Positions 37,645-46,069 of a DNA stretch of 64,000 nt are shown here, one piece after another. The notes under the pieces are model-generated. The model was not told the origin of the DNA. It saw nothing but the letters and a program-made list of their open reading frames with translations, and ran no database searches. A program made the translations under genes and the position numbers. The stretch spans positions 45,895 through 109,894 of the forward strand of contig DOSG01000008.1 of assembly GCA_003514055.1 (NCBI GenBank). Direction: 5' to 3'. This DNA comes from Candidatus Yanofskybacteria bacterium (GTDB taxonomy: Bacteria; Patescibacteriota; Minisyncoccia; 2-02-FULL-40-12; GWA2-44-9). Within the stretch, counting starts at the first letter, position 1. Every line of letters begins with the position of its first letter.

Positions 37645-38199
37645 CTAAAATAAATATGTCTTCAGAAACACAATCATGCCAACAGCGGTCACCACAATCT
37701 CGCACCAAAAAGTTAAAGTAAATTTATCGTAATAACATCTAATAAATCTAAACCAGTAATTAAAAAATCTATCATTGACTAGCCCCAGTTTTAGATCTGT
37801 ATTCTTAATCGAGTAGTGATCTTTTTTAAATGGCCATAGCCACATAACTCCATATTGTAAGGAATCTAGAATGAAGTGGGAGAACACCCCAGCAAGAAGA
37901 ACGATGCCTAAATATCGTATAAATAGATCTTGGCTAATAAATATTACCAGCCCACACAGAACCAACCAAAGAAGCGGCGCGTGAGAGATGAACATTCTAT
38001 GGTCAACTTCCTCTCTCTTGAACGTCATCTCCCTATTCTTGAAAAATACGTAGAAAGCATCCAGGTCTGGGATCATACCAAAAAAAGTTCCCCAAATGAG
38101 CAACCAATTAAGTTGACTAGCATCAAGCTCCGGCTTAAAGAATTTGATTATTCCGACAGTCATCAAATATCCAGCCGCTAAGTGCCCGGGCATTATCAT
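37645..38199 (-). CDS. membrane-bound metal-dependent hydrolase-like protein (YdjM/DUF457-like, tentative)
   Basis: Four TM helices with conserved His residues (SHAPLLW, SHFILDSL). Confidence 0.45.
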   Translation of the reverse strand: MIMPGHLAAGYLMTVGIIKFFKPELDASQLNWLLIWGTFFGMIPDLDAFYVFFKNREMTFKREEVDHRMFISHAPLLWLVLCGLVIFISQDLFIRYLGIVLLAGVFSHFILDSLQYGVMWLWPFKKDHYSIKNTDLKLGLVNDRFFNYWFRFIRCYYDKFTLTFWCEIVVTAVGMIVFLKTYLF

Positions 38200-38203
38200 A
38201 AAT

Positions 38204-38530
38204 TTATATGGTTCTTAAAAATATTCCTATTCTAGCTATAACAACAAATCCTACTCCCCAAATAAGTGGGAGCCAGTAAGGCACACCGAAAAGATGCGCC
38301 TTAGGCCAAATCTGCTGATAACCTAATGTGCGCATACCTATCTCGATAACTACTCCCAATATAACTCCCACAAAATACAAATAAAACTCTCCAGAGTTAT
38401 ATTTAAATAACCATATGAGAACAACCGAAAATATGGCGAATACGGTAAACTGGATTTCGCTCAGCTTATTAATAGACTCCGCAACGAAAAACAAAACAAA
38501 TATAGCTAGGGGTATTAATATTTCTAACAT
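38204..38530 (-). CDS. small membrane protein
   Basis: Three TM helices. Confidence 0.4.
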   Translation of the reverse strand: MLEILIPLAIFVLFFVAESINKLSEIQFTVFAIFSVVLIWLFKYNSGEFYLYFVGVILGVVIEIGMRTLGYQQIWPKAHLFGVPYWLPLIWGVGFVVIARIGIFLRTI

Positions 38531-38666
38531 CTGGGGGGCGCCTGAAGGGAATCGGCTTCGACTCTCGTCGCCTTCCGACGACTCGGTCTAGCCACCACCT
38601 CGTGATCTCGCTCGCCCATTGCTCGCAAGACAACGCTCCGGCGTTCGATTCCAATTTAAATCATTC

Positions 38667-38740
38667 TGGGCGCCTGAAGGGAATCGAACCCTCGTGACCG
38701 CTTCCACAGAGCGGCGTTCTACCATTGAACTACAGGCGCC
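38667..38740 (-). tRNA. tRNA-His (anticodon GTG) with an encoded G-1
   Basis: Manual cloverleaf: G-1 + GCGCCTG acceptor / D stem GTTC-GAAC / anticodon stem CCGCT-AGCGG with loop CTGTGGA / T stem GAGGG-CCCTT with loop TTCGATT. Confidence 0.85.
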
Positions 38741-38766
38741 ATAACAACCCGAAAATTATACCACGA

Positions 38767-39615
38767 TTACTGCCGATTCGTAAAATCAACCGCGTCAATA
38801 AGCTCATGAAATCCTTTATCTCCAGAGAAAGACGTGCTCGAGTCTATCTTTTTTCTGAGAGCTACAATCGCCTGCTCATGGGTCATATGGCCTCTCCTTC
38901 TAAAAGCATCGTATACATCCAATACGCAAATTAATTTCTCGGGCCTATCGAATGATAAATTTTCGCCAAAATATTTTGTAAATCTTCCGTCGGCGGCGAT
39001 AATACCTTCGGGATTAATACCCTGAATAAAGTGATGACTTGCTGCGGCGACGACTGCTTCTGCCGGAACCCCATCGCCGCTTATTATCTGGAGTGTCCAC
39101 TCGGCATGCATATCCCAGAATTTTCTCATCACCATTTCTGGATCTAATCCCATACTCACGTAGACACCAACTCTCTCTGTATGATCATCTGGAAAATATT
39201 TTTCTAGATATTTTGCCACAGAAAGCTTATCTTCGCCACCACCCCAATCCTTACTGTCGATTGAGTATATAGTCGCGATCATCTTTTGCTGCTCGAAATT
39301 TGCTACCCTTGGTCCAGTTTTACCGACGTCCGAAAAAGTCGTACCGATAATTACTGTTTTTTGCTCTCGTTCGGTCCACCGTTCCTCTGGTCTATTATTC
39401 TCATACCAAGCGAACACAGCCCTGGCTAAGTGAATGGCGTTATGCTCGTCTTCGACGGTTTTAGTTAATTCCGCTAATAAGATCAAGCGACTAACAATAT
39501 CCGGCCTTATCTTCGCTATATCTAGGCCAACCTCTGTAAGTAAAAAACGCATCCTCTCATATCCTTCAGGATTAGTAATAGATTCTTGGTTATTAATAGT
39601 ATTTTGCTCCACCAT
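38767..39615 (-). CDS. hypothetical protein (282 aa), possibly HD-like phosphohydrolase
   Basis: His-rich patches (HNAIH, ASHHF) and a C-terminal DVYDAFRRRGHM segment resembling the HD-domain tail. Confidence 0.45.
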   Translation of the reverse strand: MVEQNTINNQESITNPEGYERMRFLLTEVGLDIAKIRPDIVSRLILLAELTKTVEDEHNAIHLARAVFAWYENNRPEERWTEREQKTVIIGTTFSDVGKTGPRVANFEQQKMIATIYSIDSKDWGGGEDKLSVAKYLEKYFPDDHTERVGVYVSMGLDPEMVMRKFWDMHAEWTLQIISGDGVPAEAVVAAASHHFIQGINPEGIIAADGRFTKYFGENLSFDRPEKLICVLDVYDAFRRRGHMTHEQAIVALRKKIDSSTSFSGDKGFHELIDAVDFTNRQ

Positions 39616-39630
39616 GCTTCCTTATGTAAA

Positions 39631-40122
39631 TTATCGATCTATTTGTGCGAATAATACCACGTAGTTTTTACCATATGCCTTGGCACATTTCGGACAAGTG
39701 GTATACGAGAAATATAAATTCATTATGTCGGAACCCTTAGATTTGATGTAGTCCCTCATCTCCTTGGCCCACTTACCAGCATTTTGATATGGCCCCTCGA
39801 AAACTTTCGTTAGAAATGTTCCTGAAAGCGTAGCCATCTGCGCTCCCGGCACATCTTTAGAAACGTCGACATAAATATCTGCGCCCCAAAGAGATTTCTC
39901 ATCCGTTAACATTAATTGGTGAGACGCCTTAGCGCCCGCCTTTTCAATGAGATCCAAGTTTTTAATAACTCTAGCTCCCATATTAATCGGCATATGTAAA
40001 AAACTAGTAATATGATCTTTCACAAAAAGTTTATCTTTCCAAATTATCTCCTTATTCTGCCAGAGCTCAGGATTAAACGGTTCGCAACATCCAGTCGATT
40101 GTATTGGTTCTTGAGTATCCAT
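39631..40122 (-). CDS. hypothetical protein (163 aa)
   Basis: ORF track; Cys pairs near both termini (GCCEP...TTCPKC). Confidence 0.45.
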   Translation of the reverse strand: MDTQEPIQSTGCCEPFNPELWQNKEIIWKDKLFVKDHITSFLHMPINMGARVIKNLDLIEKAGAKASHQLMLTDEKSLWGADIYVDVSKDVPGAQMATLSGTFLTKVFEGPYQNAGKWAKEMRDYIKSKGSDIMNLYFSYTTCPKCAKAYGKNYVVLFAQIDR

Positions 40123-40262
40123 ATATTTTCATTATATTTGTTGAGTGCGCAGAAACAACTGCCCTGCTCTTCCGTAGCTTTAGCGAAGGAGGGGCATACT
40201 CTTATGATTGAATCATGCCAGTATTTGATGAGAAATCCATTACTTACATTGAGCTAACGTTA

Positions 40263-40901
40263 TTAATTTCTTGATTCTAGGTTTGCAACAATCCAGACTC
40301 CCCATCCTGTCAAAGCAACACTTAATACAGCTAGAATTACAACACTGCTAACCAATAAGGTTGACCCACAAAAATAATCATAATTTGGTAATGCTAATAA
40401 GGAAATTACAATAGTCAATACGGCTAAACTTAGACTTAATCCTAAATTATTAATAATTTTTTTCTTATCCAATACCGACATTTTTAGGACATCCCTCTTC
40501 ATTGATAAATAGCCGTAGATTCTATCTGGGTCGGGTCCATAAAAACTATGCCATTCAGAATGTATAACCTCAAGCATCTCTGCTTTATATTTTTCAAAGA
40601 TCTTGCCTTCTAATCCTAATGTTTCACTTCTAGGATCCAGGCGATCTAGGCATTTCTGAAATAAGCTTAGGTAATCGTTGTTTGTTAATGCATCAATCTG
40701 ATGAATCTCCGTTGCATGAATTTCTTTGTCAAGTTGAGATGTGCCTAGAAGTATGAATCTTCTAATTCTAGGATCTTTTCTTATCTCTGTAATCTTACTG
40801 GATAGCATATTAAGATTAACAGCACCAAATGTTGCTACTAGCGCTATCATAGTAGCTAGGGTCTGAGGTATGGCACTTAATGTATAATACCAATATTCCA
40901 T
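40263..40901 (-). CDS. membrane protein (212 aa)
   Basis: N- and C-terminal TM helices. Confidence 0.45.
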   Translation of the reverse strand: MEYWYYTLSAIPQTLATMIALVATFGAVNLNMLSSKITEIRKDPRIRRFILLGTSQLDKEIHATEIHQIDALTNNDYLSLFQKCLDRLDPRSETLGLEGKIFEKYKAEMLEVIHSEWHSFYGPDPDRIYGYLSMKRDVLKMSVLDKKKIINNLGLSLSLAVLTIVISLLALPNYDYFCGSTLLVSSVVILAVLSVALTGWGVWIVANLESRN

Positions 40902-41102
40902 ATTAGAGATTCTTTATTTGATTCATTATGCTCTATTCCATTGGTTTTTCAAGCCAAAGGAGTCATAATAAAAACAACAATCAGGTTGCCTAAATTCATG
41001 ACCTAATTGTGATGAGATTGCAGATCCGATCAACAAACACAGACTTATCATTTCTATGGTGGCAAACCTCGAACTCAATGAAGAGAATCTAATCATTACA
41101 TG

Positions 41103-41140
41103 GAAAAGGCCGTTCGACTTAATTGCCAAACGGCCTTTTC
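41103..41140. terminator. 12-bp perfect hairpin
   Basis: GAAAAGGCCGTT-loop-AACGGCCTTTTC. Confidence 0.5.
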
Positions 41141-41231
41141 CTTCAAATGGTCGGGCACATTCGCGCTGGTGCGCTCAGTATTTCCTCGCTCACGCTCGGT
41201 CACTGCCTCTTGCCCTCATATACGGTAAATT

Positions 41232-41256
41232 AAAACAGGGTTTTTAACCCTGTTTT
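41232..41256 (-). terminator. terminator immediately downstream of tRNA-Pro
   Basis: AAAACAGGG-TTTTTAA-CCCTGTTTT. Confidence 0.65.
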
Positions 41257-41267
41257 AATTTCCGATG

Positions 41268-41338
41268 TCGGGCTGCCGGGATTTGAACCCGGACTAAAAC
41301 GTCCCAAACGTCTCGTGCTACCGTTACACTACAGCCCG
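41268..41338 (-). tRNA. tRNA-Pro (anticodon TGG)
   Basis: Acceptor CGGGCTG/CAGCCCG; anticodon stem AGACG-CGTTT; loop TTTGGGA; T arm CCGGG-TTCAAAT-CCCGG. Confidence 0.85.
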
Positions 41339-41351
41339 TTATTTCTAAATT

Positions 41352-41380
41352 ATCATATCGAAAAAAACATATTTTATCAA
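41352..41380 (-). promoter_or_regulatory. candidate tRNA-Pro promoter TTGATA-17-TATGAT (minus strand)
   Basis: The -10 ends about 13 nt before the mature 5' end. Confidence 0.4.
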
Positions 41381-41451
41381 ATAATGGCAATTGACAATAA
41401 GGGTAATTGTGGCAGAATGGCAATAAAGATCCTTGAAAAAAGGAGCGCCCC

Positions 41452-42522
41452 ATGGATGCCCAGAACAATGCACGAGTCGAAAGAAATCAAAATGGTGGCC
41501 TAGCTTTAATTCCCATGCCAGGATTTGAGAGCCTAGCCCTAGAGACAAAAACTTTAATTGAGAAGAACTATCCCGATAAAGTTGACATTGCCACGCCGAG
41601 AGTTGATCATCATAAAAGCGGTGAACCGTTTATTGAATTACCAAAAGATCATATTGGCGGACACGATTGTTTCCTACTCACGAGCGGTCCAGGCACAGAA
41701 CTCATGCTGGCTCAAACCCAGATAGCCCTGGCCTACCTCGTAGGCAGAAAAGCTAAACGCATAACCTTAGTATCTGGGTATAGTCCCCTTTCTAGGTCAG
41801 ATAAGGATGACGGACTTAAAGTTTTAGCGCTTAATCGCATTATTATTGATATGTTTTGGGCGGCATCATACCAGAAGCTTGAACGCATGATAGTCGCGAA
41901 TCTACATTCCCCGGGCGGAGTTGCCGCTGGACGACCTGGGCTGATCACCGAAATATCTCTAGCGAGAAGGGTTATTAAAAAAGCTATCAAAGACGCAATC
42001 AAACAATTTCCCGATAGAAATATCTGCCTGCTATTCCCAGACGAGAGTGCTTTAAAGAGAGTCGAACGCGAGATCGTAGAGATAGAGAGGGAAATGTCTC
42101 GGACTTTCCACATCATATGCGGTAGAAAAAGAAGGAAAAGCAGCGATGACATAACGTTAGCTGGATTCTCTGGCGATCTGGATAAACTGGATGGGTCAAT
42201 CGTCATATCCGTAGATGACGAGATAGCAACTGGAAATACAAATATCAAAACCGCCAAGGCCTTCAGAAGCTTTAGCGATATCAAGGCCTTTTGGGCCACA
42301 GTCATTCACTTTATCGGCTGCGGAAATTGCGTTAGTGCTCTCGCAGACGTCAACTGTCCCATAGATAGAATCTACGCCACCGACACGATACCCATAGATA
42401 ATAGATACGAGATTACGCCACTAATCGATAGTGGTCGACTGGTAATTCTCCGATGGGCGCGAGATCTGTTCAAGATTATTCGCTACTCTCATTGGGACAT
42501 GTCCATCAGAGAAATACGTTAA
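41452..42522 (+). CDS. prs: ribose-phosphate pyrophosphokinase (PRPP synthetase)
   Basis: RITLVSGYSPLSRSDK (PRPP-synthase flexible loop) and ISVDDEIATGNT PRPP-binding motif. Confidence 0.8.
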   Translation: MDAQNNARVERNQNGGLALIPMPGFESLALETKTLIEKNYPDKVDIATPRVDHHKSGEPFIELPKDHIGGHDCFLLTSGPGTELMLAQTQIALAYLVGRKAKRITLVSGYSPLSRSDKDDGLKVLALNRIIIDMFWAASYQKLERMIVANLHSPGGVAAGRPGLITEISLARRVIKKAIKDAIKQFPDRNICLLFPDESALKRVEREIVEIEREMSRTFHIICGRKRRKSSDDITLAGFSGDLDKLDGSIVISVDDEIATGNTNIKTAKAFRSFSDIKAFWATVIHFIGCGNCVSALADVNCPIDRIYATDTIPIDNRYEITPLIDSGRLVILRWARDLFKIIRYSHWDMSIREIR

Positions 42523-42527
42523 TTTCC

Positions 42528-42551
42528 AAGCGGCCGGAGGCCGCTTTTTTC
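42528..42551 (+). terminator. rho-independent terminator
   Basis: AAGCGGCC-GGA-GGCCGCTT-TTTT. Confidence 0.7.
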
Positions 42552-42640
42552 TTTACTTTTTGGTATTTTTGATCTATAATTACTAAGGGTTACAGAGCCT
42601 AGGATTGTCCAGGGTTAGAAGTTTGTAGTATAATCCCTGT

Positions 42641-42937
42641 ATGCCCTACAAACATAAAGAGGATTTATACAAGGCTCAAAAACGGCATAGGGTCAAGATA
42701 CGAAAAAATCTATTAGACTTTCTAAAGACGAGAGCCTGCACCGATTGTGGCGAAAAAGATTTTAGAGTATTAGATTTTGATCATATCGATCAGAAGAATA
42801 AGCTCAAATCGATATCAAGAATGCGCTCAGGTCATTATTCCTGGGAATCGTTACAGGTGGAAATACATAAATGCGAAGTAAGGTGTGCAAATTGTCATCG
42901 CAAGAAAACGTATTTACAATTAAAAGGAGGTAAATAA
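42641..42937 (+). CDS. HNH endonuclease (98 aa)
   Basis: CTDCGEKDFRVLDFDHID ... CANCH: two CxxC pairs flanking the H-N-H core. Confidence 0.7.
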   Translation: MPYKHKEDLYKAQKRHRVKIRKNLLDFLKTRACTDCGEKDFRVLDFDHIDQKNKLKSISRMRSGHYSWESLQVEIHKCEVRCANCHRKKTYLQLKGGK

Positions 42938-42941
42938 ATAC

Positions 42942-43016
42942 GCCCCCGTAGCTCAATGGATAGAGCAGAGCTCTTCTAAGGCTTTGATGTGGGTTCGATT
43001 CCTGCCGGGGGTACCA
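42942..43016 (+). tRNA. tRNA-Arg (anticodon TCT) with encoded CCA
   Basis: GCCCCCG acceptor; D arm GCTC-AATGGATA-GAGC; anticodon loop CTTCTAA; T loop TTCGATT; ends ACCA. Confidence 0.85.
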
Positions 43017-43021
43017 ACAAA

Positions 43022-43060
43022 GTATACTAAAACGCGCCTACTTGGCGCGTTTTAGTATAC
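43022..43060. terminator. 17-bp perfect palindrome (terminator) after tRNA-Arg
   Basis: GTATACTAAAACGCGCC-TACTT-GGCGCGTTTTAGTATAC. Confidence 0.65.
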
Positions 43061-43101
43061 TTATACTTTTTCTAAAATTTCGTTAGTACCCATATTCAGC
43101 A

Positions 43102-43129
43102 TTGACAAGTGCCATACAAGTGATATTTT
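43102..43129 (+). promoter_or_regulatory. candidate promoter TTGACA-16-(TG)ATATTTT
   Basis: TTGACA 43102-43107; extended -10 at 43121-43129; GGAGG SD at 43153-43157. Confidence 0.4.
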
Positions 43130-43163
43130 ACTCTCAGTTCGTTCTGGATTACGGAGGTTAATC

Positions 43164-43355
43164 ATGTCAGAGCAGAAGATTAGAAAGAGGAGATGGGCGC
43201 ATTATTCTAATATCTGCAAGTTTTGTAATGGACATAACTTTTTACTAAATACTTCAAGACTGGTGCTAGAGCAATGCCCACATTGTGATGGTACGGGCTA
43301 TGGAGATCAAGAACCGCCAGACGATGGCACTCCAGGCTCCAGCAATGCCGCATAG
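43164..43355 (+). CDS. small zinc-ribbon-like protein (63 aa)
   Basis: CKFC...CPHC pair of CxxC motifs; good promoter, SD and terminator. Confidence 0.55.
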   Translation: MSEQKIRKRRWAHYSNICKFCNGHNFLLNTSRLVLEQCPHCDGTGYGDQEPPDDGTPGSSNAA

Positions 43356-43362
43356 ATCATTC

Positions 43363-43385
43363 GCCGACTGACGTCGGCTTTTTTG
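43363..43385 (+). terminator. rho-independent terminator
   Basis: GCCGAC-TGAC-GTCGGC-TTTTTT. Confidence 0.65.
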
Positions 43386-43396
43386 ATACGCCGAAG

Positions 43397-43424
43397 TTGA
43401 CAAATATCGCCCGCATGGTATTCT
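43397..43424 (+). promoter_or_regulatory. candidate promoter TTGACA-16-TATTCT
   Basis: GAGGAG SD before the ATG at 43452. Confidence 0.4.
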
Positions 43425-43451
43425 AAGTTCACGTTCTTTGAGGAGAGGTCA

Positions 43452-43655
43452 ATGTGCCAAACAATGCCCGACGCTCCCGAGCCATTGGGGAAATTATTTC
43501 TTCAGGCAGCGAGAGACAGGAATATCGCGCTCTTGAATAGTGTTTTTGGTAGATGTCTTATGTGGGGAAAATACATGCGACAACTCCCAATTCAAGATCA
43601 AAAATGGGTTAGCAAGCACGCAGGGAGAACGAGAGAATCTGGAGTCACTGCCTAA
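43452..43655 (+). CDS. small hypothetical protein (67 aa)
   Basis: ORF track plus promoter and SD signals. Confidence 0.45.
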   Translation: MCQTMPDAPEPLGKLFLQAARDRNIALLNSVFGRCLMWGKYMRQLPIQDQKWVSKHAGRTRESGVTA

Positions 43656-43720
43656 ACTAGGCAAACTCTTAGAATGTCTTCTAATCTCAACGTTCTAACT
43701 AGAAGGCGATACATTGCGTT

Positions 43721-43797
43721 GCCCCAGTAGCATGGGGCTTTTTCGTACCTTAAGTCGTCCCAACTTAAAACCCGTCAGCCAATGGCTGACGGGTTTT
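43721..43797. terminator. tandem terminator hairpins (43721-43744 and 43767-43797)
   Basis: GCCCCA-GTAGCA-TGGGGC-TTTTT and AAAACCCGTCAGC-CAATG-GCTGACGGGTTTT. Confidence 0.6.
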
Positions 43798-43815
43798 AAT
43801 ATATGGTAATCATAT

Positions 43816-43944
43816 TTATTCTTGCTTCAGGGCCTCTTCCTTTGCAACCTCTTCCTTCTTACCATCCTCGCATCCACACGTGCAGGTACCATCCTCCTTT
43901 GTGTGCTCATGCATACATTTCAAACATTTTTTTTCGTCTGTCAT
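43816..43944 (-). CDS. unannotated 42-aa Cys-rich ORF (below ORF-track cut-off)
   Basis: Manual translation gives MTDEKKCLKCMHEHTKEDGTCTCGCEDGKKEEVAKEEALKQE; weak RBS. Confidence 0.3.
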   Translation of the reverse strand: MTDEKKCLKCMHEHTKEDGTCTCGCEDGKKEEVAKEEALKQE

Positions 43945-44047
43945 AGGTATATCACTGATATTACTAGTTAATAGTCGACCCCCTCAAGCATGCTCTTTGC
44001 CGAGGATAATGCAAGCATACTTTGAAATCTCAGGCAAAAATGTTCTA

Positions 44048-44076
44048 ATTGACTAATAAAAAGATTGACTGTAATT
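44048..44076 (+). promoter_or_regulatory. candidate promoter TTGACT-17-TAATTA
   Basis: Located upstream of the ATG at 44101. Confidence 0.35.
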
Positions 44077-44100
44077 AAGACGCATCAATCTATTAAAATT

Positions 44101-44604
44101 ATGCCTAAAAAATTAATCATAAAAATGGCTAGAAACGGCAAGGGCATTTTCGCCGCAAAAGCATTCAAGCAAGGAGAAATAATTGAGACTATCAGCGGGA
44201 AACTCGTACATCACGAAAGGGCGAGCAAGCTTTGGGATGAGAATGCCAGAAAAGCCGAAAACTTATTTCGTTATTGTGGGACAAGATACCTAAGCCCAGA
44301 AGGAGAGCTTGGAGATTATTCAAATCATTCATGCAATCCAAATTCAGGAGTTATAAAAAATAAAGGCAAATTATTCTGGATAGCCATAAATGACATTAAA
44401 CGTGGCCAAGAAACACTTATCGATTACTCAACCATAATTGGTGCCGATGACGCCTGGACCATGAAATGTAACTGCGGAGAGAAGGAGTGTCGTAAAATTA
44501 TAAGAAGCATCGACAAACTACCTAAGAAAATCCTCGATAGATACCTAAAACTAGGCATTATCCCAAGATATATCTTAAACACTATGAAAAAAGCACGCCC
44601 CTAA
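44101..44604 (+). CDS. SET-domain protein (putative lysine methyltransferase); the ORF-track start at 44065 is a TTG extension
   Basis: ELGDYSNHSCNPN (NHSCxPN SET motif), ETLIDYS, and a post-SET CNCGEKEC cysteine cluster. Confidence 0.7.
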   Translation: MPKKLIIKMARNGKGIFAAKAFKQGEIIETISGKLVHHERASKLWDENARKAENLFRYCGTRYLSPEGELGDYSNHSCNPNSGVIKNKGKLFWIAINDIKRGQETLIDYSTIIGADDAWTMKCNCGEKECRKIIRSIDKLPKKILDRYLKLGIIPRYILNTMKKARP

Positions 44605-44656
44605 GTGACGTGCCCGTGCTAATAAAAGAACATTATCGATAGCATACGCTTTCGAT

Positions 44657-45940
44657 CTAGCGCGATCCTCCCGAGATGACATATGTGAAATCATCCCCTT
44701 CTCTTCTAACGCCGGCCCTAGCAAAGGGCGTTTCTACGACTCCATCAGGTCCAGCCGATAAACACATTGAATTGTACGGCCACCTGAGCTCATCATCAAA
44801 GAAGAATATACTGTTAACCATGTACCTATTCCCCCAGGGATCTGGGCCGATAGCAGATAGATAAGCTCCTCTCCAGCCCATACCAATCGATGAGCTATAG
44901 CTTAGTCGCATTACATCTGGATATAGATATGCGTTTTCAATTCTGCCTCTCGGCAGATTCTGAACCAAGTGATTTTCCATTATATCAACCACCAGACTAT
45001 TCTCCGATTCATAGGCCCACCCAATCGTCTTGCGCTTCACCAACATCTGTCTCTCAAGCTTACTCTCGACAATAAATGATGACTGACGATCTGAGACGCT
45101 AAATAGCGCCAGATTTCCACAAGCTTCTGGAACTAGAAATATATATCTGGCCTTAGGAGTCTCGACCTGGAACATGAAGGCATTAAGTGACTCTCCGGAC
45201 CACTGAACATTTTTCAGCAGATCGACGGCGCGATCGTTAACTGCTGCCTTTGGACGATACGCCATCCACAGCATTCTTATCCCAGGATTCATTCTACATT
45301 TAACTATGCCACTTTGAGGCAATATTACCTCGCTACAAGACGTCATAGAGCCCTTCACCTCTTTAGCGTTAGAGATCCTACTAATTACAATCTCTGGGGA
45401 ATCAATCTCGGCCTTAACTAATAGCTCGCGGAAATCTGCCGCATGTTTCTCTGCCGCCGATCTCAAATCAATGTCTGATTTGATTTCTGATGTAAATGCG
45501 GTAGCGCCTCCTAAATGCGTCGCATTTATCCAAGTCATATTCGTTGCTACGATTCGTTGAGAGTAGCTGATTGACTCACGAGATGACATTCGCGTGTAGT
45601 TTGCTTCATATGAATATGATCCATAATCAAAGAGCTGAGCACCCAAGCCACGAGTTCTAATGGCGTTACCTTCGCTAACAAGCAGATTCACACGATTGTT
45701 TCTCGAGCATGGGAGACGACCGTCTAATCTAATACATGGACCCGTATCCACCAACATCCTAGACAACGACACTCCAATTGCCTCACAATCTTCTTTAACC
45801 TTTACAAAACGAGCATCTCGGACGAAATCCATGATCGAAGGAGCCAATACACCAGCCAAAAGCATCAATGTAGCCAATATTATGGTCACTTCGACTAGCG
45901 ATAAGCCATGCTTACCATGACGTAAGCGTTTGTATGTCAC
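44657..45940 (-). CDS. large type IV pilin-like protein (prepilin-type N-terminus); true start is GTG at 45940, so the ORF-track 5' extension is spurious
   Basis: GGAGA SD 6 nt before the GTG; leader MTYKRLRHGKHG followed by LSLVEVTIILATLMLLAGVL (class III signal peptide, Glu+5). Confidence 0.65.
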   Translation of the reverse strand: MTYKRLRHGKHGLSLVEVTIILATLMLLAGVLAPSIMDFVRDARFVKVKEDCEAIGVSLSRMLVDTGPCIRLDGRLPCSRNNRVNLLVSEGNAIRTRGLGAQLFDYGSYSYEANYTRMSSRESISYSQRIVATNMTWINATHLGGATAFTSEIKSDIDLRSAAEKHAADFRELLVKAEIDSPEIVISRISNAKEVKGSMTSCSEVILPQSGIVKCRMNPGIRMLWMAYRPKAAVNDRAVDLLKNVQWSGESLNAFMFQVETPKARYIFLVPEACGNLALFSVSDRQSSFIVESKLERQMLVKRKTIGWAYESENSLVVDIMENHLVQNLPRGRIENAYLYPDVMRLSYSSSIGMGWRGAYLSAIGPDPWGNRYMVNSIFFFDDELRWPYNSMCLSAGPDGVVETPFARAGVRREGDDFTYVISGGSR

Positions 45941-46043
45941 AAGGGTCTCCTTTTTTGAACGAACGGAACCTAAGGCTAGTGAACCACTTCGTGATAGCAG
46001 TGTCAATAAAAATAAGAAGGCCCGAGAACGTCTCAAGGCAATC

Positions 46044-46069
46044 AAAAAAGCACGCCCCTTGGGGCGTGC
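46044..46069 (-). terminator. rho-independent terminator
   Basis: AAAAAA-GCACGCCC-CTTG-GGGCGTGC. Confidence 0.6.

Noticed and set aside
38555-38666. Possibility that the DNA between the tRNA-His 3'-end repeats is a second or intron-containing tRNA
   Set aside because: No cloverleaf can be drawn; only the 3' 25-mer matches
40902-41267. Small ORFs 40926..41129(-) and 41056..41247(+) downstream of tRNA-Pro
   Set aside because: They overlap each other and two terminator hairpins; no RBS; likely non-coding trailer or promoter region
41733-42305. 190-aa minus-strand ORF
   Set aside because: Antisense within prs, whose translation has clear PRPP-synthase motifs
44657-46045. ORF-track 5' extension (MIALRRSRAF...) of the pilin-like gene
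   Set aside because: An SD plus a GTG at 45940 gives a canonical prepilin leader; the upstream extension would bury the signal peptide
44588-46060. 15-nt match AAAAAAGCACGCCCC at 44588 and 46044 as a repeat family
   Set aside because: One copy is coding (C-terminus of the SET protein) and the other is a terminator stem; too short to separate from chance
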